Part shown: in pieces, positions 1 through 11,763 of the stretch
Layout: each line of letters opens with the position of its first letter
Numbering within the stretch: position 1 is the first letter of the stretch
Assembly (NCBI GenBank): GCA_015680685.1
Contig: MNCI01003042.1
Coordinates: forward strand, 13,179-77,178
Direction of reading: 5' to 3'
From: Gnetum montanum
Taxonomy: Eukaryota > Plantae > Gnetophyta
Length of the DNA stretch: 64,000 nt
Translations under genes and position numbers: made by a program
The notes under the pieces: generated by a model
What the model saw: only the letters and a program-made list of their open reading frames with translations
Databases searched by the model: none
Told to the model about the DNA's origin: nothing

Positions 1-2002
1 CCTTCCCTTGTCTTATCAGAAAGCTATGCTGATGTGCTGGTATCAGTGGGTAAACTAATGATGTCCTCCGAAAAGCCCAAAATGATTCATATGCTAAATT
101 GTTAAAGCCACCAGCTGCAAGGAAAATCACTGGTAAGACACTGGGACCAGAACAAGAAGAAGAACAAATGGTTGGACCAACTACAACCCATCTTGCAAGA
201 CCTAGCCAACCTATAAGTATAGGATCCATCCAACAATAGGAAGTAGGGCCTAGCATGGGCCAAGATCAATCACCACCACCACAAGATTATAGATCGTCGA
301 TGAGCCATCTCAAGGCCATCGCTAAGACAATCAATTGGGGAAGTCGTGATGATGTAATTCTCTTCTGCGTCATTGATGATGCCATACAGCCCACATTTTC
401 TTTGGATCGTACAAGGGGTGAAGTGTCTATTCATATAGGAGGAAAGGAAAGTACTTGGTCACAACAGATCTCAGGAAACATGGCATCTTTCCAAGTGCAA
501 TTAGAAACTGGTGAAGGGGCCACTATGGTGGTCATGCAACACTAGGATGCCATAGGAGTTGTAGAAGTGGTTGCATACCACATTAAAGAATCATTCAATG
601 TACCTATTGTACCACTGGTAGATCTCACAGAAGCACAGGATGCTCAAACTTTGGTCAAAACCTCAATGACTCCTGCGGAACATGAGGATGCACTTGATCA
701 ATTACTACAAATAGGATAAATAATGACGTCTCTGTTTGACATCCCTCAAGATGTTACAACAAGTCAATCAAACCTCATTTTCACTAAGGGAAAGCTGGTC
801 TTAACAAAAGTGAGGGTCGAGCATGCTGAAGTAGAGGTGTAGAAATTACAAGAGCAGCTCGTGGCCCTACAAGCAGCACAGTGGGACCCTTTGCAATTTG
901 TTCCCGCAGACTAGCTAGACAATTTCAAAACTGAGAAACTAACCAAACTACTAACAGAGAATAAGAAGGTGGTAGAAGAAAAAGAGAAGGTTGTTTGGGA
1001 TGCCTCTACAGCATAGGTGCAAACTCATGCGCATATCAAGGCACTCAAGGCCTTACAGGAGGAAAGCAAGCAACTTGTTGTTGACAACCTTCGGTTGACC
1101 TCTGTGGAGAAGCAAAAGAATGTTCTTGAGGAACACTTTCATCAGTTGCGAGAATAATTCATCCGGGTTAACCAAGACATGAGAATTTTAGCCAGGGAGA
1201 ACTGAACCCTCTCAATGGAGGAGGTATGTGCAATCCGTCAAAAATAGCTATTGAAATAAGCACATGGAAAAATGAGGCTAAACGGCATGAAAATCTAAAG
1301 GAGCACTTCTAGGACCAAGTGGGGATGTACAAACAGATCCTTAAGAAGGAGATCCATATGGCCAAGGCCCACATCAACGTTATCAGTGCTGAACACACTA
1401 ACTGGCGGGCCATATTGGACACATATGCATTTTCCCATCATGTGAAAGTTAAGAACCAGGACCTGCAAATCCAAGATCTTACAAAATACATGGAGTTGGA
1501 AAACTTGCAGTATGCCAACCTTGCCATGTTAATAACAGGGCACCTGAGAACAGAGCTCGAGCAATAGGTAGCTACCACCCACATCAAATATGAAATGGAA
1601 TTTGCATAATGCAAGAAGCTATTGCAAAAAATGGAGATTGCAAATTCTGAACTTGAGGTGGTGAAAGCAAGCTACCAAAGACAAAAAGGTGTTACAACAG
1701 ATTTGGCTTGATGGCTTGTGGATTTTTAAGAATACAAAGATAAAGCCAGAGCCTACGAAGAGGAACATCAGGTATTTGCGGCTTGGTATGTCAAGGCCAA
1801 CCAAATGTTTCCACAACTACCCTGCCCATGGGAAGTGCCAACTCCATCAAACATCGGAACATTAGCATGGACGGCACAGGATCCTCAGGCTAAAGAGGAG
1901 AAACTCCATGCCATACTTCAACGCCATCAAGCCTTAAGACCTGGAGCACAAGACAAGGGGAAAGCACTTATGGAAGAGCCACCGCCACTAGGAACTACAT
2001 GA
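1..2002 (+). pseudogene. Extra 3' ORF (env-position ORF2) of element A, stop-interrupted; coiled-coil region and C-terminal FPQLPCPWEVP motif
   Basis: ORF fragments 255-545, 1319-1567 and 1805-2002 are collinear with the fragments at 8069-8338 and 27386-28738 (shared EYMELANL.YANLAML, LPCPWEVP, EEPPP). Confidence 0.85.
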
Positions 2003-2182
2003 GTTCCACCAATTTTGTAGTTGTAGCACATTCTTTGTGTCGTGTCTCTATTTTTTTTATTCCACACTGCGGCATAAACCCATTTTCACCATCTAAATAA
2101 TCCCATACCTATCCACTATGTAATCAATGGAGCTTGTTCTCACTGTAACTCAAGGATGAGTTTTCACTTAGTCATGGGGGTA

Positions 2183-2965
2183 TGATGAGTCGCCATTTAA
2201 CCTAGCCATGACCTCCTCATCTATAAATAAGAGGCAAGAAGTTCTAATAGAGAGATTTTGGCATAAGTCAGTTTTAGAGTCAAGTTTGATTTTAGTTTTT
2301 GCTTTTCTTCTCAACCCTTTTCCTCCCAGTGTATGCCTACAGTGTGGTGATTGTAATTGTACGACATCCTTTATTCTAGTGTGATGTACTTGGACACACA
2401 CATGACTGGCAATAAAGATCGAGATTACTTCATCATTGCAACATTCACTTAGCTTAATTATTTATTTAATTGTTATTTACTACTTTCTTAGTTAATACCT
2501 TCTTACCCTAAACTCCTGTTAAACGTGGAATGAGTACGACTTGATTACGAGCATTTAGGTGTGACTACTTGGTAACCCAGTAGTGTACCTAGGATCTGCG
2601 CTTGGTAATCCTAGTGGTAGTCATACACGAAGTCCAAGATGTGTATGGATAATTGAGGAACGGATGCTCTTTGTACTTAGGCTAGCTTAGACTCTCTCTC
2701 TCTCACCCTTTCTCTCTTAGCCTAGTGAATATTATTTTCCATTACCTTCAGGAGTAGCATTAGCATAGAAACACATCATACACCTCACTCTAGACTAAAC
2801 CATACGTGATAAGGCTAATACTAGTCCAAGTGGGAAGACAGCAAACTGCGCCCTAAGGCTAACTATCTAGATGCCACAACTAGTCCATCTGTGGAGTTCG
2901 ACCGGATCACACGTGTAACGCTCATATTCATATGGTTGAGTGTAGGGGTACCTCGCCACTCATGA
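2183..2965 (+). repeat. 3' LTR of element A (short U3 without palindrome array, TATAAATA at about 2222)
   Basis: Homologous to the reverse complements of the LTRs at 18530-19402 and 60981-61797. Confidence 0.85.
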
Positions 2966-5900
2966 TTACTAAATTGTCACTAACTAGATTAAGGTAAGAC
3001 CACTCCCTAAGAAGAAAATTGATCAAAAAATTCCTTTAATTTATTTACGAGTAGATGAGAATAAACCATGCAAGGGTCTATTAGACTCAAGTTCCAGAGT
3101 GAATTTGATCTCTTATAAAACATATCAAGCATGGAATCTACCATCATTGGAAGAATGCAACATTAGGCTAGAGCTTGTAGATCAATTTGGAATCACTTCT
3201 TTGGGGTAGATAGACAATGTAGTGATCACTATCAATGGGCGGTCCTATCCAGCAAACTTTCTAGTAATTGATGTGAAAAACATTGATAATGAATTCCCAA
3301 TAATCATGGCAAGAGCATGGCTTAGCACAATCAATGCTAAGTGAAGTATGAGAGATTTATCAATTGAAATCTCTAAAGAAGACATGCATGGTGCCATACA
3401 TATGCAATGAATTCTATGCATTATTGTTGAAAGCAAATGATGCAATTAAGGGCTAACACTTCAAAATGTTAATACATACACCATTCCAGTCCACAACAAC
3501 AATGAAAAACTAGTGTGAAAAAGATAGAGCAAGGGCCACCAAAACAAAAGACACCTTGTGGCCACTAACTAAGAATCAACAATCACCTAAAACATGCATG
3601 GAGACATCTAAACCACTTACTAATTGCCAATCCAAGAAAATGACTCCAATTAAAACACCAAAAACCAAATGATTAAGTCATAATCATACACCAAAGGAAA
3701 AAGAAAATAGAGACTTAAATGACCATAACTCCAATTCCATCAAATTATATGGGATGATAGGTGACCATAATAGAGACTTAAATGACCATAATCAAAAAGT
3801 TACATCACTAAAAATAATAGGTGAACCACCTATAATGTATGATCTAGAAGATCTAAGAAGCATTTTCTGAACACTCACCCATGAGTTCAGTCATGGGGGA
3901 AAATGCCTTATCTTAATTTAGGAATTACTAAGTGTTTTTCTATTTTTTTGTTTTACAATTCTTTCCATTTTTCACATTCTTTGAAATTTCCTTATTTTCT
4001 TATACTTTTCCATTTCTTCAATTTTTCATATTCTTTTACATTTGTTAATTCTTTAACATTTTTCATTCTTTACAATTTTTCATAATTTTTACTATCTTTT
4101 CCATTTCTTTTATACTTTGTTTTCAAACCATTTGTGAATAATTTTGATTGTTAATAATACACATTAAATAAAGTAAAAATGTAGTCCAATAGGGTGAAGA
4201 TTTCTCTATGTTATCAAGTTATAAGAGACTAATTATTTGCATAGTGAGCCCACATCATCCATCCATTCATTCCATTAATAACAGGTTCTTACCATGGCCA
4301 TAACAATATTCTTTTCCATCATACAACTAAGAATAAGCTTTTCATCATTATGCCTAGACCAAAAAGTGAAGAACCAAGTGGGAATGAATAGGGTGTGAAA
4401 TCAAGGGAACTTGTGGATTATTATTGTGAGTTCTATTATGTTACTATGGTTTTGTTATATCCTTGTAGATCTAATGAAAAATGGGAGTAAGAGTAAAATA
4501 AGTGCTACCTTTAAAGGTTGACACAATTCAAAAATAAAAAGAGCACAAAATAAATTTCTAGGGGTCCCACTAGAAATACGTGTTACCAATACCTGAAGGT
4601 AGGTGGCTTTTCAAAAATCTAAAAATAAAAATAAAAATAAAGTGCTATGAATAAAAATCATCCCTTGGATAATATGCCAAGTGACAATACCCCATATAAT
4701 ATTCATAGTCTTACAAATGTAATTCCAATAGATGAAATGATGCAATGTCACTAGAATGTGGTTTGGACTTGGTCTAAACTTTTCACAGAAAGGCTAATAT
4801 TACTTTAACCACTAATAAAACACAAGAATTTATTATGCTTATGGTAAGACACCTCAAGTCTCGATTTCTGCAATCCATTCTAAGTCCATCTCATCTCACT
4901 ATTCGAATAGTTATAACTTGTAATTCTATGTAACATAGTGTTATTTTCTAAATTGATGGTACTAACATGTATGTTTTGCTAAAGTGGTATGTGTTACATT
5001 TAACTCCTTAAGTGCCTAAGGACACTTCTATGCATGGTTATACAAGGGCATAAAATGCTAGAGCCTACGTTGGGGATAATTGTTGTATCTTATACATGCC
5101 AAGCAATTCCACATCATCTTGAACCTTCCAAATATTAATAAACACTTCCCATATCACTTACACTCTCCATTCTACATATATAAATTCATTACTCTTCTTA
5201 CCCAACTTATAAACTTTTGTAGCCTAAGATTCCTTCTCTATGAACTTCCAATGACAGATAACAAAAATAAGCATATTCTCATCATCCAAACCCTCTAAGA
5301 TAACCTTAGATCCTTCCAAACATCCAAAGGAATCAATTTTTTTCATCTGATCCTCATGAAACATGCATTTTTTTGGGCTCTAATATCAAGTCACTAATAT
5401 CAGGTCTGCACTAATATCGAATCTCCAATGTTGAGTCCTTGATATTGGGTCCCTTAAAACCTACATATACGTAGGGACTTAGGAAAATTTTTCACATTTT
5501 TCATTTTGAGCTAAAGGAAATTTTTTCATTTTTCTTTTTTGAATTAAGCTTTGACCTCCTAGCTTTCCTAAGCTATATCTCAATCAATATTGCTCAAATT
5601 TTCATGATTCTTAAACCTATTTGATCATGGAGTGCTCAACTTAGTTGTTGGGGGTGCTAGTGAGGAAAATCGAAGCTGATTTTTCCAAAAAATCTAATGC
5701 CCAAAAGGTACTTTAAGGGTAAGTATGAAGAGATAATTGGAATTTTTAAATAATAATCAAACATATTAAAGCCAAAACACTCAATTAATGATCTTAAGGG
5801 CCAATAACCATCATACATAGGGATAAAATGAGCAAATGTGAAAGGTTACCAAGAGATTAACACCTATGTTTTTGAAAATTTTTCTAACTCTGCAATCTTA

Positions 5901-6000
5901 GCAACATAGAACTTAATGAAACTAAGGGTATGAATTAGGTATGAACCTGTTAAGAATACATGCAAAAACCTTAGTAATTTTAATTTCTTAATGATTTCAA

Positions 6001-8705
6001 ATTATCCCAAGAAGAGGAGGAGCACAAGGAGGACCTTTATAAGGAGCAAGCAAATGACCAAGAGGCCAAGGTAGAGGCTGAAATGGAGGCCAATCATGAG
6101 AACATGAGGAGTAGGAAGCACAATCGTTTATCATTCATCAAGACACTCCTACTATACTACAACTGGCCTAAGGAGAGGCAAATGAACCACAAGTTAAAGA
6201 ATAATGCCTCATGTTATCATAGGACTATTTTCAAAAAATTCAAGAAAGACCCATCCTAACCACAGTCATCATGGAAATGAAGTTTGGTCCATTTATGGAA
6301 TTTGTTCCTAAAGTGATATGGATGCAACTCCAAGCGTCATCGTTATGGCCTATGTTGTCATAAAATAGTGAATGGTGCCTTGGAAAAACTTATCAATTTT
6401 GGCACAACAAAGAAGATGGTACTACTGTCAACATTGGAGAAATCTTAGTGTCATTTTCAATCAAAGCAATTGCAGAAGCTCTAAACATCCCCAATGAAGG
6501 GGCACTCATAGCACATTTGTCCATCCAATCTAATCCTGAAACTAGGAAGTTATGGCTGAAACAGGCTTATGGCAAAGAAGATAAAGGATAAATGAACTAA
6601 CTCTAGAGGAGAGAATATACTTTAAAATTGACACTTATCATCTATTCCCAACAAAAGGACTCAATCGACTATCAACTTATGCGACTAGGGAAAATGCAAT
6701 TCTAATGGGAAAGCATAATGTCAACGTTGCACAACTCTATTTTATAGAAATACAACGATGATTTGAAGAAAGAAAGGTAGGGAAGCCAACACTTTCATTC
6801 CCTTGCCTTATCATGAAGTTGTACAAGCAAGCCAAAATCCTGGGATACACCAATGATGTTTTCAAGAGAGCCCAAAATGCTTCATACACTGAGTTACTTA
6901 AATTAGCCCCACCAAAAAAGAATCATGGTGAGGAACAAGAGCAAGAGCAAGAACAAGAGTAATAACATGACCAAATAACAAGTCCCACTACCACTGCCAT
7001 AAGACTATAGACCATCGATGAGCCATCTATAGAAAATTGCAAAAATAATCAATTAGGGAACCAAGGAATAGGCCAATTCATATAGAGTTATCGATAGTGC
7101 CATCAGATCCATAATTTTAGTTGATCCAGCAAGTGGATAGATTTCATTATAGTTAGGAGGAGAGGTATGGTCACAATAGATCTCTTGGAATGTTACATCA
7201 TTCCAAGTGGTGCTAGAGACTAGAGAAGGAGCCATAGTTGTGCTAATGCAACACCAAGATGTAATGGGAGTAGCAGAGGTGATCACCGATCACATTAAAT
7301 AATCCTTCAACATACATATTATACCACTGGTGGACCTAATTGGAGCTAGAGATGCTCAAATGTTAACCATAACCTCAACGACTCCTACTGATTAGGAGGA
7401 TGTACTTGATAGGCTACTGCAAACCAAACAAGTAATGATAACACTTTTTGACATCCCCAGCGATGTCACTACAGTACAATCTGAACTCATAGCTACTAAA
7501 GGAAAATTGGTCATGGTAGAGACTAGGGTAGAGCATGTAAAGGAGAAGTCCTGAAACTACAAGAAGAGCTCACAGCTTTAAGAGCTTAAAGAAGAGATCC
7601 CATACAATTTTTACACCTAAATAGATCTAGCAATTTAGAATGGAGCATATGAGTATATTAATTAAGTAGAGTAAACAATTGGCAAATGAGAAGGAGAAAG
7701 TGATATGAAATGCCTCTATAGCTAAAGCATAGATGTATGCACATGTGAATGCACATATGGTAGTTCAAGAAGAAAACAAACAAAATTAATGTAGACAACC
7801 TAACGTTGACCACTGTGGAGAAGCATAAAAACATTCTAGAAGAGAGCATCCACTAGTTCAAAGAATAACTTATGAGGGTTAACTAGGACATGAGCCGCCT
7901 CGCAAGAAAAAAAAAACCCTCTCTATGGAGGAGGTACACACTATTCAAAAAAAATCAGCTATTGAAATTAGCGTGTGGAAAAACGAGCCAAAGAAACATG
8001 AAAGGCTCAATGAACACTTCCAAAATCATGTGGGCATTTACAAACAAATCAACAAGAAATAAATTTAGATGGCAAAGGCCAAAATCAATTTCATATCAGC
8101 ACAAAATCTTGATTGGAAACCCATCCTAGATAGCTATGCCCTTGTCCACCAAGCAAAAGTGAAAAATAAAAACTTGCAGACTGAGGACTTGAAAGAGTAC
8201 ATGGGGTTAGCTAATCTTTGTTATGCTAACTTGGCCATGTTAATAGCAGGTAGGCCTAGAAATGAGCTAGAACAGCAACTAGCAGCCACCTATGCCTTAT
8301 ATGAGAAAGAGTTTGTAGATTTAAAAGATGCTTTGTAGAAACTCCAAGTAGCAAACACAGAACTAAGCAGTAAAGGTTGGCTATCATGGGTAGAAAGATG
8401 TAGCAGCAAACCTAGCTAAAAGACTATTAGACTATCATGAATTAAAAGAAAAGGCCATAGCATTTGAGCAAGAGAGGAGGTAATTCGTAGCTTGGTATGT
8501 CAAAGAAAACTAAATGTTTTCATAGCTATCATGCTCATGGGACATGCTAATTCCATCATACATTGGTTTATCAACATGGATGGTCCATGATCCTAGAACT
8601 AAAGAAGAAAAACTTCAAGCACTTCTAAACTAATACAGATTTTAGAAGCCTGACGATAAGGGGAAGTAACCAATGGAAGAGCCACCACCACCTGGAACCA
8701 CTTAA
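6001..8705 (+). pseudogene. Extra 3' ORF of element B, decayed
   Basis: MKFGPF..., GEWCLG.TY.FW, AIAEALNIP, YFKI..YHL.P, PCLIMKL, MGLANLCYANLAML and EEPPPPGTT blocks are collinear with the 27386-30238 copy. Confidence 0.8.
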
Positions 8706-8910
8706 AGCTACCTCCAACTTTGTTAATTTTTTCTTCTTTTTGTAAAGTTGTCATGTCATGAAATGTGTCATTTTTGTAAATCCACTGTAGCATTAGAGAG
8801 TCATGTATATAAGGGCTAGTATCATGTAAATTTATCTTCCAATTTTGTAAGAAACTCCACCCTTACTTTTTTTTAACTCATGGATGATTTTTCAGTCAGT
8901 TGTGGGGCTA

Positions 8911-9780
8911 TGATAAATCAAGTTTTTTTGTCAACCATGATATCGGACCTATGATATCAAATCATCAACATTGAGGCATAAGATACGATATTGAGTATCT
9001 GATATTGCATACATGTGTAGGCCTATAAATACAACACTTAGGCACACCATCCATACACAGTTTCATTTAACGCTTAGCAAAATTACATGAGTTTTTTAAC
9101 TCAATTTTAGCACTTAGTATTTAAGAGTGTATGCTTGTAGTGTGATGTTTAGCAATTGAATGGAGTCTTTATTTGAGTGAAATGTACTTGAACACATTTC
9201 ATGAATGGAAATAAAGATCGAGATTACTTCACATCATTACAGCATCACTTAGTCTTTATTGTTTACACTTAGAATAATTTTCTTGTTTTCACATAGGTTA
9301 ATGTTTACTATTTTCTCTAGTTATTGATTTACTTTCTATGCACATTATCATTTTTGTTGTTAACGGGAATGGATACAATTGATTTCAAGTGTTAGATGTG
9401 ATCACTTGGTAACCTAGTAGTATTATCACTTGGTTCACCCAGTAGCGTAATACTTGGTAATCCTAGTAATGATTGCATGAGTCCAAGATGTGTCTGGAGA
9501 ATCAAGAACGAATGTCCATCATATAGGCTAGATTAGATTTTCTTTGCTATCACTTAGATTTAGAAACTACTACCTTTACTTTATGTTTTCTAGGAGAAAT
9601 ATGGCCAACACAACATCATTATCATATGCCTCACTATGAGTCAAACCATACACATCGATTTTACTAGCTCATGTGGGAAGACAACAATCACGAACTCAAT
9701 TACTTGCATAATTACATTGCCTTGTTCACAAAATTTGGCTAGGATCTTGTGTGAGCACTTGTATCTTGTATGATTAAACA
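8911..9780 (+). repeat. 3' LTR of element B with GATATC-type array in U3
   Basis: Follows the PPT. TATAAATA 9024-9031. Shares AATAAAGATCGAGATTACTTCA and CTTGGTAA repeats with LTR A. Confidence 0.8.
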
Positions 9781-11763
9781 AGTACTATACCAAGTTCATA
9801 ATTTGGTTAAACAAGTAGTATATCAAAAACTTTGGGAAAATAGCGAAGACAAAAAATATTTCTATATGAATAGTATCAGAGGAGGCTTTAATTTAAAGAA
9901 AATTTATTCAATTGCTACTATGCTTCATCAATTATTATGTACAAATTAAAAGTGCATGAATAGGATCTCATCATCTAAGAGTTGAAACAAGTAGATGACA
10001 CAAACTTCTTGATAAAAAATGAATATGCTAACTATGTAATACAAATTGCATTGAAGATGAGCATCATATTTTCCTATAGTGTCTATCATTAGAGTAAATT
10101 AAACAAAGATGAAATATTACAATTGTAAATTTGATTGATTTGTTCAAAATGTTACTAAGAATGCTTGGTATTTTTTTAATGATGTTTTCAAAACTCATAA
10201 CATGTATATTTTTATTGTCCAATAGATCCAGAGGACATAATAAAATTTCAATTTTAATTTCTATTTCATGTATAATACTCTAGTGATCAATTATATAATT
10301 CCAAATTATATTTTCCAATTTTTTTTATCTATATAATATAACTTTTTTTCAAAATCAATCCATTCTACTTTTCATTAAAAAAAATCTCTTGGTCAAATCA
10401 TAAAGATATATTATAAATATATTGCTACAATAGTTTTAAACAAATTTTAATATATATTTCAGCTAGAGTGCAAGTCACAATTGTAATTCCAATGACCAAG
10501 ACTAATAAAAATTCAATTTTATCCTTAGTTTCATAACTCTCTAAAAGTCTTATTCAAATATTTTGTACATGATTCTCAAAGCCCAATTATGCAATGTGAC
10601 GTTATATTTTTCAAATTTTACATCTTAGATAAATATTTTTTAAAATAAAATTAAAAAGATATATTCTCTTGCCTAAATCATAAATATATAGCCAAACTAC
10701 AATGAGGAGATTCATGTTTTAACAAAATAAAGGCATGTCAATCTTGATACTACAATTGTTCTAAAGAAAATGTAATATAGTAAGTGTTTTTAAAACACAT
10801 TGAAAGAACTTATGTTACCCATTTTTTTGGGCACTATAAGCATGTTTTATCTTTAATAATATTCTAAGGAATTATAAATAAGTCTACTATGTCGACATCC
10901 ATGTATCAACATAGCCCTGTTGATACATCCTATGTATCAACATAGCCATGTATCAACATAGTCTGGTCTTTTTTCTATATAAATGCATGCACCATCTATG
11001 TTTATGAACCTTTGGTCATTCTTATAGCCAAACTCTTATAGTTTCTTATTTTAGGACTTAGCCAAATTTTCCTCTAAGTACCAACAATGTGTAGAATTGA
11101 TTGAATGGAATCTTATTCAAGTACGTGATGTACACAAACACTTTTTCATGTTAAGAATAAAATCAAAATTAATTCCTTCTATTACAACACTTGGAATAAC
11201 ACTTAGTTTATTTTCTAGCACTTATATAGTTAATATTTTATTCCATAATTGTGTAAGCACAACCACTTTGAACATTAAATATTAATTTTTGGTAATCCTA
11301 GTAATGGATACTTGGTATGCTAAATAGTAACCATTTGGTAACCTAGCAATGTTAGTATAAGTTCAGGATGCACATAGGAATGGATGTTTCACATGTCAAA
11401 TAGTTTAGGTTACTCTTAGTTTTGGAAGTAGTTAGAAATTAATATTTTAATGATAAAAATAAAAAATAAAAAAATCTTATGTCTCAATCATACTTAACCT
11501 TACCCATTGAGCTACACAAGTGGTGATCGGAAACACAATGACCAAGAATGTCACACTAGATCATGTGTAAATGCTTATGATTTTTATGATTGACTGTAGG
11601 AAACTCTTGCCACTCATCATTTGTGTTGTTACTAAGGATTTGGTGTGCTAAGTATCCTAGATAGATAATTCACACAAGCATCATTATAGGAACATAATGA
11701 AACATCATTAGAAAAATAATAATAATATTTTATTCAATGCACACTACAAGAACAAACTAAAAG

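Larger units (their letters stand above)
1..2965 (+). mobile_element. Element A: 3' part of an Athila-like Ty3/gypsy element (extra ORF, PPT, 3' LTR), nested in element B
   Basis: Extra-ORF remnant 1-2002. PPT AGTCATGGGGGTA 2170-2182. LTR starts TGATGAG at 2183 and ends ...GGGGTACCTCGCCACTCATGA at 2965, matching the family terminus CTCATCA. Protease-coding sequence of another element follows directly. Confidence 0.85.
2966..9780 (+). mobile_element. Element B: non-autonomous Athila-like element (protease, no RT/RNase H/integrase, long spacer, extra ORF, PPT, 3' LTR)
   Basis: Protease KGLLDSSSRVNLIS...FPIIMARAWL at about 3040-3340. Internal PPT-like AGTCATGGGGG 3889-3899. Extra ORF about 6001-8705. 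PPT about 8898-8910. LTR 8911 to about 9780, lacking the terminal ~25 bp. Confidence 0.8.

Noticed and set aside
9781-10864. AT-rich segment with weak internal repeats as a DNA-transposon remnant
   Set aside because: No recognisable motifs or termini.
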